From NCBI GenBank assembly GCA_037200925.1, contig JBBCGO010000001.1:760235-824234 (forward strand): DNA of 64,000 nucleotides. Reading direction: 5' to 3'. Positions 33,944 to 41,608 of the stretch are shown here, piece by piece. The notes under the pieces were generated by a model, which did no database searches, was not told where the DNA came from, and saw only the letters and a program-made list of their open reading frames with translations. Numbering within the stretch: position 1 is the first letter of the stretch; the number at the start of each line of letters is the position of its first letter. Made by a program: the position numbers and the translations under genes. This DNA comes from Candidatus Doudnabacteria bacterium (GTDB lineage: Bacteria > Patescibacteriota > Doudnabacteria > UBA920 > O2-02-FULL-48-8).

Positions 33944-34046
33944 GGGCGTGTAGCTCAGACGGTAGAGTGCTGAATTAGGATCGACTTTCTTTGCCATGTC
34001 GTCTCCTGATCAGAAGCCGCAGGTTCGAGTCCTGCCACGTCCACCA
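33944..34046 (+). tRNA. Atypical tRNA-like gene (103 nt) with about 27 extra nt in the anticodon-arm region; isotype undetermined
   Basis: Canonical acceptor (GGGCGTG/CACGTCC), D-arm 'TAGCTCAGACGGTAGAGT', T-arm 'GCAGGTTCGAGTCCTGC' and an encoded CCA. There are 34 nt between the anticodon-stem halves 'CTGAA'/'ATCAG', including the hairpin 'GGATCGAC...GTCGTCTCC'. Confidence 0.5.
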
Positions 34047-34061
34047 ACCTTTGCAACAAGA

Positions 34062-34137
34062 GTGGGATTAACTCAATGGTAGAGTGCCGCCTTGCAAAGG
34101 TGGAAGTTGGTGGGTTCGAATCCCATGTCCCGCTCCA
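34062..34137 (+). tRNA. tRNA-Cys (GCA)
   Basis: Cloverleaf with anticodon loop 'TTGCAAA', T-loop 'TTCGAAT' and encoded CCA. Acceptor stem carries two G-U pairs. Confidence 0.65.
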
Positions 34138-34348
34138 ACTTTTTTGGCGAAGACAACAAATTCGCCTCCATTTCCCAGCACGCAAGATAAGATGCCGATT
34201 GACGAAAGGCAATATTTTTGCTAAAATAATTAAGTATGCAAAGATATTCTGCTTCGTTAAAGTTGGTTGGTTTGTTGTTGGTCATTGCGGCAATAGGCAT
34301 CATTGTCTTTGCTGTAACGAGCAACACATTATAAATTTCATTTAATCT

Positions 34349-34463
34349 CCTCGTGTTTCAAGGCTTGTGGCCCGACCTGATCCCATCCCGAACTCAGAAG
34401 TCAAACGCAAGACCGCCGATGATACTTCAGTGTAAGACTGACGGGAAAGTAGGCAATGCGGGG
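34349..34463 (+). rRNA. rrf: 5S ribosomal RNA
   Basis: Conserved 'CCGAACTCAGAAGTCAAACG' and 'AGTAGG' blocks. Helix I 'CCTCGTG'/'TGCGGGG'. Followed by a T-run. Confidence 0.8.
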
Positions 34464-34471
34464 TTTTTAAT

Positions 34472-34906
34472 TTGTCTAAAATATTGCGTGTAGATATGCC
34501 TGTAAGCACTAGACATAATTATGGATTTCCGCTAGGCTTTGGAACATTGGGAGGACTTATGAAAAGGCTTCTTTTTCTGGTTTTTGGAGTAATTTGTGCT
34601 TGGTTTTTTGTTTTCGTCTTCGGCTTCGCAGATCCTTCGCAATTTCCAGAACCCTGGGTTTGGGTTATCATTCCAAGCGCATTTACTTTGGCCATTACGT
34701 GTTTCGCTGGCGCTGTAATGTCCCCATCAGATAAATTTGAGTGGCAACTGTTGTTTTTATTTGGAATGGCAGTCGCGGGATTAAATGCCACTTTTACATG
34801 TTTTTTTACTTTTCTGGTGAAATTTAAGGATGGAGGTAATTCCGGCCGCCTATCTGGTGGCAACAGTCATTTTGGGCTCGCTCACTTCTCTTTTTTGGGG
34901 AGCTGA
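34472..34906 (+). CDS. Hypothetical integral membrane protein (4 TM)
   Basis: 144 aa, hydrophobic. No recognisable motif. Confidence 0.4.
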   Translation: MSKILRVDMPVSTRHNYGFPLGFGTLGGLMKRLLFLVFGVICAWFFVFVFGFADPSQFPEPWVWVIIPSAFTLAITCFAGAVMSPSDKFEWQLLFLFGMAVAGLNATFTCFFTFLVKFKDGGNSGRLSGGNSHFGLAHFSFLGS

Positions 34907-34942
34907 GCCTTGTTACCCGAATCAGAAAAAAAAAGCATAATG

Positions 34943-34975
34943 TTTTCACGGCTGCGCGCAATGCGTAGCCTTTTT
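34943..34975 (+). terminator. Rho-independent terminator
   Basis: 'GGCTGCGCGCAATGCGTAGCC' plus TTTTTATT. A similar core 'GCCGCGCGCATGCGTGGC-TTTTTT' lies at 35391-35425. Confidence 0.5.
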
Positions 34976-35071
34976 ATTGCTGCCGGGCAAGCGATATGAA
35001 CGAGCGCTAGCAATACAGATGAATATGCGTATTTGCCAAAAGGCCATTTGAGGGTTATTATTTCTAATATG

Positions 35072-35368
35072 ACAGAAGCAACCGTCCCAAAAAGCGAACC
35101 TGAGCTCGTCCAGCAGGTGGAAAAGATGTACTTCGCGGTCCAGAGAAACCTGACCATAGAAGCCAAGAATATTATTTGGCATTGCCTGGAAACAGCCAAA
35201 GAGTACTATCCGACAACTTCATATAAAGAAGATTGGGTAGGGATGTTACACGCTCTGCAGGATGTTATAAATGACTTTGAAAATCAACTGTCCGGGCAAG
35301 CGGAACTAAAGCTCCATGCGCTGCAAAAAAATTTAGAAGAACTTAAAAAGAAAGAGACAGGCAAGTAA
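35072..35368 (+). CDS. Hypothetical cytoplasmic protein
   Basis: About 98 aa starting from 'MTEATVPK' (the listed ORF starts at 35033). C-terminal coiled-coil-like region. Confidence 0.35.
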   Translation, partial: TEATVPKSEPELVQQVEKMYFAVQRNLTIEAKNIIWHCLETAKEYYPTTSYKEDWVGMLHALQDVINDFENQLSGQAELKLHALQKNLEELKKKETGK

Positions 35369-35492
35369 ACTGCTCCCCGAAGTATCGATCATTTTCGGGC
35401 CGCGCGCATGCGTGGCTTTTTTAAAGAAACTTGACAAACAATTGGCTCGGAGTTAAACTCTTTTTTGTACGAATTAAAAGCAAAATAAACAT

Positions 35493-35792
35493 ATGGTTCC
35501 CACCTATGAGGCCTATATTGAAGACGAGGAGTCAGATGCGGAAAATGACGAGATCGAAGAAGTGATCACCGACATTGAAGATGAGTGTGCCTTAGTTTTT
35601 GACAACGAGGCCAATGGCAAAATGCTGAATGAAATTTTTGACGCCGCCAGGGCTAATTATGAAAAAGACCGCAGCGGTTGGAAAAGCTTTTTCGGCGACT
35701 TGAAGTTCGAATTGATCGCAACTGATGATGAAGACAACCTGCGGGATATTCTCTCTCATCATTTAAGAAAGGCCAGGCTGGAATTAAGCTGA
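35493..35792 (+). CDS. Hypothetical acidic protein
   Basis: 99 aa, very acidic N-terminus (EDEESDAENDEIEE). Stop overlaps the start of the next gene. Confidence 0.4.
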   Translation: MVPTYEAYIEDEESDAENDEIEEVITDIEDECALVFDNEANGKMLNEIFDAARANYEKDRSGWKSFFGDLKFELIATDDEDNLRDILSHHLRKARLELS

Positions 35793-37099
35793 TGCGAATC
35801 ATCGCTGACCTACAAATCCATTCAAAATACTCCCGAGCGTGTTCCCAGGACCTGAATCCTGGGAACATTGGTAAGTGGGCGGATAAAAAAGGCATCCAGG
35901 TGATCGGCACCGGAGACTTTACGCATCCCAAGTGGCTGGCGGAACTCAAAGATGCTTTGGAAGAAACCAAGCCCGGGCTTTATCAGCTCAAGGACAGATC
36001 CGCAAGGGCTTATTTTATGCTGACCGCGGAAGTGTCGTCTATCTATAAACAGGGCGACAAGGTCCGCAGGATCCACAATATGATCTTGGCCCCGAATTTT
36101 GCAGCAGTTGAAAAGATAATTGCGGGTTTGGAAAAAACAGGCGCCAATCTTAAGTCCGACGGCCGGCCGATCATGGGCGTGAAGTGTCCGGACCTGGTCA
36201 AAATAGTTTTAGATGCAGATCCCGGGAATGTGATCATTCCGGCGCATGCCTGGACCCCGCATTTCGGGTTGTTCGGCTCGCTTTCAGGGTTTGACACGAT
36301 CGAAGAAGCCTTCGGCGACCAGGCAAAGCATATTTTTGCGATTGAAACCGGGTTGTCATCTGACCCAAAGATGAATTGGCAGATCTCGAGGCTTGATAAT
36401 TATAGTTTGGTATCCAATTCTGATGCGCACAGTTTGCGGAAGATCGGCCGCGAAGCCAATGTCTTTGAAATTCCTGAAGAAAAATTATCATTTGATGAAA
36501 TTATCCGGGTGATCAAAGATAAAAACCCAAAAGAATTTTTGTTTACAATAGAATTCTTCCCGGAAGAGGGCAAATATCATCTGGATGGGCACGCGGACTG
36601 CAAGTTCTCCTGTTTGCCGAAAGAAACCAAGCGATTGAAAGGAATTTGCCCGGTTTGCGGCAAGAAATTATTGATCGGCGTTTTAAACAGGGTTGAGGCG
36701 TTGGGGGATAGGGAATTCGGCTTTATCCCAAAACGCGCAATTCCGTTTAGAAGTGTTATTCCCTTGGAAGAGGTGATAGCTGAAACATACGGCACCGGTA
36801 TTGGCAAAAAAGTTTTGGAAACATATGAACGAATGGTTAGTAACGCCCCCGGCGCTGTCGCGCCACCCCCTCTTAATTTAAGAGGGGGTAGGGGGAGTTA
36901 TTATACAGAGTTTGAGATACTCTTAGATTTACCACGAGAGGAAATAGTAAAAATTTCCGACCCGATTGTGGCAGAATCAATCATCCGTATTCGGGAAGGC
37001 AAAGTCCGCATTGAAGGCGGGTATGACGGAGTGTTTGGTAAAATCCATATATATTCTGACGAGGAAAGAAAGAAAGCCGAACAGCATAGTTTGTTTTGA
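35792..37099 (+). CDS. PHP-domain nuclease of the EndoQ / TIGR00375 family (putative deaminated-base endonuclease)
   Basis: N-terminal 'ADLQIHSKYSRACS...GTGDFTHPKW' PHP motifs and a C-terminal Zn-finger 'C..C...CPVCGKK'. Length 435 aa matches EndoQ. Confidence 0.5.
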   Translation: MRIIADLQIHSKYSRACSQDLNPGNIGKWADKKGIQVIGTGDFTHPKWLAELKDALEETKPGLYQLKDRSARAYFMLTAEVSSIYKQGDKVRRIHNMILAPNFAAVEKIIAGLEKTGANLKSDGRPIMGVKCPDLVKIVLDADPGNVIIPAHAWTPHFGLFGSLSGFDTIEEAFGDQAKHIFAIETGLSSDPKMNWQISRLDNYSLVSNSDAHSLRKIGREANVFEIPEEKLSFDEIIRVIKDKNPKEFLFTIEFFPEEGKYHLDGHADCKFSCLPKETKRLKGICPVCGKKLLIGVLNRVEALGDREFGFIPKRAIPFRSVIPLEEVIAETYGTGIGKKVLETYERMVSNAPGAVAPPPLNLRGGRGSYYTEFEILLDLPREEIVKISDPIVAESIIRIREGKVRIEGGYDGVFGKIHIYSDEERKKAEQHSLF

Positions 37100-37240
37100 A
37101 TATTTAATCGCAATTCCGAACTTGTTTCGGAATCTCAGATTAAAAGACCCTGAACCAAGTTCAGGGTTGCGATACGAAACCCCAGGCCTTGACATGGGCT
37201 TGGCTTTTTTGATAGGTTGGAAATATCCAAGGAGGCGAGC

Positions 37241-37538
37241 CATGGTGGGGAGTTTCGAGTCCGACGCGCAGCCGCAGTTCTGCTCCGATTGTGAAATCAA
37301 AATGGTCTTTGTGCCGGGCACACAGACCGACGGCGCCCATTTCATCTGTCCGAAATGCGGGTCTACGATGCCTCATCCGACTCCACTGCCGCTGATCCCT
37401 TTCACTGCCGCATGCTTCCAAGCCTTTTGGCTTCGGCCGCATCCGCTGCTGGGAAATCAGATCCCGGCCGACGTTTGGCTTCAGGGCCCTGAGATGCGGG
37501 AGCACATCAGGAATCTTCTGGGACTTGAATGGTCCTGA
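37241..37538 (+). CDS. Small zinc-ribbon protein
   Basis: RBS AGGAGG then ATG at 37241. 'CSDC...CPKC' 4-Cys ribbon. GC-rich. Confidence 0.45.
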
Positions 37539-37554
37539 CGTCAGGGTCAACACG

Positions 37555-37598
37555 CGACCAAACCAATCGGTGAGGTCGTTCTTTTTTTGTGATATAAT
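37555..37598 (+). repeat. Terminator-promoter cassette, copy 1 of 4 (hairpin 'CGACC...GGTCG' + T-run + extended -10 'TGATATAAT')
   Basis: Conserved core '...CGGTGAGGTCGTTCTTTTTTTGTGATATAAT'. Related copies at 38473, 38781 and 39275. Confidence 0.6.
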
Positions 37599-37640
37599 TT
37601 TGGCATGAGATGATTGTTTGATTTTGCTGCAGGAGGTTTT

Positions 37641-38456
37641 ATGCCAGAGGCGAAGTACTGCGGCCTGGATAGCCCGGCTCCGGACGGACTAAGGTTCCTA
37701 CCGAAAACGAATGTCTATGACCGCAACATGTTGGCGCATCTGACGCGCGAACATGTCACGATGCCCGAACCTCAGATCAAAGAATTCGTGGAAGCCGTCA
37801 CGCCCGATATGCGTTCGGAGTGGGATGCGGAGAATCTCTGTCGATTGCTGGTCATCCAGCCGCGGCAAGCAGGGTTCGCCTCATTCAGTCCGGAATTTGA
37901 GGCGTGTGAGGCACATTGGCGCCGCGACGAACTTGATCATTTTCGCATGTTCAGCCTGCTGATCGGTCTGCTGACCGGCAGATCAGCAGAAGCTATCGAA
38001 GCCGAGATGCGGCCGGAGGATCCTGATTACACGAATCAGAGACCGATCATCGGCCAAGAGCTTGAGATCGCTTTGGCCCTGGCATGGGACGAGTTCTTTA
38101 CGACCTACTACTACGGCCAGGATCGCGCTCTTTATCGCGCGCTTGGCCATCCCAAATTTTTGCGCTGGTTCAACCAGGTCATCAGGGACGAAAAGCTCCA
38201 CTTCGATAATTTCAGTTCGGTCGCCATCAGCTGCCATGCGAACAGAGCCTCGGAATTTCCGGCGATCATCGATCGGCTGGAAAGCATGGAGCTGGCCCGG
38301 TCAGAATCCCGCCAACTCGGAAAACGAGTCGATTTCCGGACATTCCTCATGGATCGGGGAAACTCCGAACAGACTCCCAGAGAGATCAAGCGCCTAAGCT
38401 CGCAATTTCGGAAAGCCATCACCGGCAAACTGAAGCTCGCGCAAGAGTTCGTTTGA
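37641..38456 (+). CDS. Hypothetical protein with ExxH motifs (possible ferritin-like/diiron fold)
   Basis: RBS GGAGG then ATG at 37641. 'DELDHF', 'DEKLHF' and 'EACEAH' motifs. 272 aa. GC-rich. Confidence 0.35.
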   Translation: MPEAKYCGLDSPAPDGLRFLPKTNVYDRNMLAHLTREHVTMPEPQIKEFVEAVTPDMRSEWDAENLCRLLVIQPRQAGFASFSPEFEACEAHWRRDELDHFRMFSLLIGLLTGRSAEAIEAEMRPEDPDYTNQRPIIGQELEIALALAWDEFFTTYYYGQDRALYRALGHPKFLRWFNQVIRDEKLHFDNFSSVAISCHANRASEFPAIIDRLESMELARSESRQLGKRVDFRTFLMDRGNSEQTPREIKRLSSQFRKAITGKLKLAQEFV

Positions 38457-38472
38457 TTAAAGCGGCCAAACC

Positions 38473-38518
38473 CGACAACGGGCGAGGTCGTTTTTTATTT
38501 CTGCTGAAGCATTGACAT
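38473..38518 (+). repeat. Terminator-promoter cassette, copy 2
   Basis: 'CGACAACGGGCGAGGTCGTTTTTTATTTCTGCTGAAGCATTGACAT'. Confidence 0.55.
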
Positions 38519-38561
38519 ATGTCCGGGTTTTTGCTAGGGTTGGGGTTGTAAGGAGGCTCGG

Positions 38562-38763
38562 CATGAGTACGTTTCGACTTCCGGCAGAAGTGAGCCTGAT
38601 GATTGGAATGGCGATTCCTAGAGATAAGCGCAGGCAGTTTTGGACAATGCGCAATGAGCTGCTTGGCAATCAAAGCCCTCAGCAGATCTGGCGTTCAGGC
38701 GCTGCGGGCCGAAAGAAGATCCGTGAGTTTATCCTCGCGGCCAAAAGCGGGGACATAACATGA
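38562..38763 (+). CDS. DUF2384-like (Xre/ParS/MbcA antitoxin C-terminal domain-like) small protein
   Basis: RBS AGGAGG then ATG. 'RQFWTMRNELLGNQSPQQIWRSGAAGRKKIREFILAAKSG' fits the W..N..LGG..P..L..G pattern of DUF2384. Confidence 0.4.
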
Positions 38764-38780
38764 CGGACAGCGGCTAAGCC

Positions 38781-38850
38781 CACGGGCGAGGTCGTTCTTT
38801 TTTTTGTTTCTGCGGAGCATTGACTAATGCTTGGTTTTCTGATATACTTT
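38781..38850 (+). repeat. Terminator-promoter cassette, copy 3 (TTGACT-17-TATACT)
   Basis: 'CACGGGCGAGGTCGTTCTTTTTTTTGTTTCTGCGGAGCATTGACTAATG...GATATACT'. Confidence 0.6.
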
Positions 38851-38887
38851 ATTGTTCAGCGAATTTCCGCTGGCATCCAAGGAGGAG

Positions 38888-39259
38888 CATTTGGCAAAAA
38901 AACGATACCCAAAGTCAAAGTTGCGGACGTATAAAAATCCCGATAACCTAAAGACGGCGGAGCGAGCTGAGCGTGAAGCCAAATTGCTCCGGAGATTGGA
39001 TCAACGCGCTTTATTTATACCGGCTTCGCTGATGCTGTCTTGTAATGTCCTCACACCCGAAGGCCGCATGAGGATATTTGGTTTGGGCAGGCTTGAGACT
39101 GACAGTTTCGGATCAGACATCAAAGGTCTGAGCACCGACTCGAATGTACTGCGAATCATAAAGGAGCGTCTGGCTCAGAAGATTCGTCCGGGAGAGCAGG
39201 AAGTGGTGGTCACTCTTCGCTTAGGGAAGAAAGGACAGGGGGTTCGAGTCCGTCTGTAA
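38888..39259 (+). CDS. Hypothetical protein (probable TTG start after GGAGG)
   Basis: The -10 element at 38841-38848 lies inside the listed ORF start (38852), so the TTG at 38888, 5 nt after GGAGG, is the likelier start. No recognisable domain. Confidence 0.35.
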   Translation, partial: HLAKKRYPKSKLRTYKNPDNLKTAERAEREAKLLRRLDQRALFIPASLMLSCNVLTPEGRMRIFGLGRLETDSFGSDIKGLSTDSNVLRIIKERLAQKIRPGEQEVVVTLRLGKKGQGVRVRL

Positions 39260-39274
39260 TTGATGTTGCTTTAT

Positions 39275-39333
39275 GCGACCAAACCCCGATAACGGGCGAG
39301 GTCGTTCTTTTTTTGTTTTTTTGATATACTTAG
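39275..39333 (+). repeat. Terminator-promoter cassette, copy 4
   Basis: 'GCGACCAAACCCCGATAACGGGCGAGGTCGTTCTTTTTTTGTTTTTTTGATATACT'. Confidence 0.6.
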
Positions 39334-39336
39334 CCC

Positions 39337-40080
39337 ATGCAAAAATATATCGCTGTTGTAAATCCGCGGATGGATGATGACGAAATTTCCAGTCTGATCG
39401 CCAAAGATATTGCCGGCGCGCTTTTTGAGATCTCACATCAAAATTATCCGCTGGCCGCGAAGATCATTCGGCAGATAAAAGAGCAAAGCGCTTTGCATAA
39501 CCGGCCGATCAGCATTATCCAGGATGTTTCGAACATGGAAGACCCGCTTGATCTGCAATTTGGGCTGCGAAGCGGGGTGGATTGGGTGGCAACTGACCGC
39601 CCTGAGCACGTTAGATTGTCCAAAGGGTTTAATAAACTGCCTGGTGTGATCTTTAAAGGCCGCGATCTGCCGAAACGCCTGCGCGTGGATAGTGTCATGG
39701 CGGACGGTTTTTTGGATCCTGATGCTGAAGTTATCGGGATGCAAAATGGGCAGATCAAGCACTTGATCTCGGAACATCCTGACCAACGGGTTTTGGATGC
39801 ATTAGCAGATATCCTATCTTATGCCGCAACTTCGGCAATCGCTGTGTCTGATCTTGACCTGGCGAAGGCTTTGTCTTTCAGGCGTGCCAGTAAGAAAATA
39901 TTTTTTGCACCCAAGGATAAGAGTGCTGCAGCCCGGGGCGGGATTTATTGGGGTGTTTATCCGATCTATATGGGCAACGATCTTATTTCGAGCCTCAAAA
40001 ATACCCGGTTTGTAAAAAAAGGAGAACGCATGGTGGATGCCACTAATATTAAGCATGTTGCAATTCATTCGATCCCATGA
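39337..40080 (+). CDS. Truncated/degenerate pyruvate-kinase-like protein (247 aa)
   Basis: 'DLQFGLRSGVDWVATDRPEHV' resembles the PK '(D/E)..F(G/A)...GVD(F/W)VA.SF(V/I)R...DV' block. The C-terminus 'VAIHSIP' resembles the PK C-terminal domain. The central catalytic region is missing. Confidence 0.4.
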   Translation: MQKYIAVVNPRMDDDEISSLIAKDIAGALFEISHQNYPLAAKIIRQIKEQSALHNRPISIIQDVSNMEDPLDLQFGLRSGVDWVATDRPEHVRLSKGFNKLPGVIFKGRDLPKRLRVDSVMADGFLDPDAEVIGMQNGQIKHLISEHPDQRVLDALADILSYAATSAIAVSDLDLAKALSFRRASKKIFFAPKDKSAAARGGIYWGVYPIYMGNDLISSLKNTRFVKKGERMVDATNIKHVAIHSIP

Positions 40081-40679
40081 GCAAAAAAAAGATCAAAGCC
40101 ATAATTTTTGATTTCGGCGGTGTGGTGGCGTACGGCGGATATTTGGATTTTATCAGGCATTATTGCGTGGAATGCATGACGCCTTCCGGCATGAAAAAGA
40201 TTAATAAGATGGAACACCAGGTGAATCTTGGGAATATATCCCAAACGGAATTTTACCGCGAGATAGCAAAGATCTTTCATGTGCATTTGACCCCTGCTCG
40301 CATGCATCGTTTGATAGTGAATAAAATGCAAACCAACTCATCTTTGGTTCGCTTGATCCCAAAATTGAAGAAAGCCAAAATTATTCTATTCAGCAATTCC
40401 ATAGGCTACATGGCCGCGGAAGTTATGAAAGCGAGACATCTGAGCAGTAAAAAATTATTTGACCGCGTGTTCTTATCCAACATCATGCATCTGGCCAAGC
40501 CGGACGAAAAATCTTACGAGTTTGTTCTGAAAAAACTTAAAGTAAAACCCGCCGAATCGCTGATGGTAGACGATAGAATAGAAAACATTCTGCCCGCTAA
40601 GCGACTGGGCATGAACGGTATCGTTTTCAAAAACACCCGGCAATTTGCCGGGGAATTAAAAAAATACGAGTTGATTTAG
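40077..40679 (+). CDS. HAD-superfamily hydrolase
   Basis: Motif I 'IIFDFGGVV' (second Asp replaced by Gly), motif II 'LFSNS', motif IV 'VDDR'. Confidence 0.6.
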   Translation: MSKKKIKAIIFDFGGVVAYGGYLDFIRHYCVECMTPSGMKKINKMEHQVNLGNISQTEFYREIAKIFHVHLTPARMHRLIVNKMQTNSSLVRLIPKLKKAKIILFSNSIGYMAAEVMKARHLSSKKLFDRVFLSNIMHLAKPDEKSYEFVLKKLKVKPAESLMVDDRIENILPAKRLGMNGIVFKNTRQFAGELKKYELI

Positions 40680-40741
40680 AGTTGATTTCTATGCCGAAAT
40701 AAGCTACAATGAGGCGACTAAACGCCTTATTTTGTTAAATA

Positions 40742-40829
40742 GGAAGGGTCGCATAGTGGCCTAGTGCACGCGCTTGGAAAGCGCGCATACCGCAAGGTAT
40801 CGGGAGTTCGAATCTCCCCCCTTCCGCCA
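40742..40829 (+). tRNA. tRNA-Ser (GGA), class II with long variable arm
   Basis: Acceptor GGAAGGG/CCCTTCC, anticodon loop 'TTGGAAA', variable arm 'CATACCGCAAGGTATC', T-loop 'TTCGAAT', encoded CCA. Confidence 0.75.
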
Positions 40830-40840
40830 GAGAATTTATA

Positions 40841-41116
40841 ATGGAAGAAATAATTTTAAAAGAACTACTGGTCATTCCAGGTATCGGAAAAAGCATTGCG
40901 CAAGATTTATTTGATCTGGGAATCAGAAAGGTTTCGGACTTGAAGGGCAAAGATCCGGAGAAACTTTATAAAGATTTTTGCTATCTGCAAGGGCAGCAGA
41001 TAGACAGATGTTTATTGTATGTTTTTCGGGGAGCAGTTTATTTCGCCAGCCATAAAACTCACGATCCTGAAAAATTAAAGTGGTGGAACTGGAAAGATCA
41101 AAATGGCGGAAGATAA
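40841..41116 (+). CDS. Helix-hairpin-helix motif small DNA-binding protein
   Basis: 'LLVIPGIGKSIAQDLFDLGI' HhH motif. 91 aa. Confidence 0.45.
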   Translation: MEEIILKELLVIPGIGKSIAQDLFDLGIRKVSDLKGKDPEKLYKDFCYLQGQQIDRCLLYVFRGAVYFASHKTHDPEKLKWWNWKDQNGGR

Positions 41117-41552
41117 GAAAAAATGGAAGCGGGAGATCTCGGCCGGCGGCGTTGTTTATAAGAAACAAAAGGGCCAGATTTTCGTATTAATGATCATGCC
41201 TACGGGCAGAAAGTACGGTCCACCCGAGGGCTACTGGGCTTTTCCCAAAGGCAAAATAGACGAAGGGGAGGACAAGAGGCATGCCGCGCTGCGGGAAGTT
41301 AAGGAAGAAACAGGCGTGCAGGCAAAGATCATGGAAGATCTGAGCTATGTTAAGTTTTTTCGAAATTACGACCAGACGCTTAAGTTTGTCCATTATTTTT
41401 TGATGGAATATGCCTTGGGCAAGCTTGCTGACCACGACAGGGAAGTCGCAAAGGTGAAGTGGTTCAAATTAAGCGAGATTGAATCTCATCTGAAATGGCC
41501 TGCTGATAAAGAAGTTTTTGAGAGAGCGAAGAAAATATTAGAAAATGTCTAA
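41103..41552 (+). CDS. NUDIX hydrolase
   Basis: Nudix box 'GKIDEGEDKRHAALREVKEETGV'. Confidence 0.8.
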   Translation: MAEDKKKWKREISAGGVVYKKQKGQIFVLMIMPTGRKYGPPEGYWAFPKGKIDEGEDKRHAALREVKEETGVQAKIMEDLSYVKFFRNYDQTLKFVHYFLMEYALGKLADHDREVAKVKWFKLSEIESHLKWPADKEVFERAKKILENV

Positions 41553-41608
41553 AGGTCTAATTTCTGAATTTCTAAATTAGGCATTCAGGACTTGAGAAAT
41601 TTTCGTTT

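Noticed and set aside
33944-34046. Group I intron in the tRNA-like gene
   Set aside because: The insert is only about 27 nt, far too small for a self-splicing group I intron. It is kept as an unexplained anticodon-arm insertion instead.
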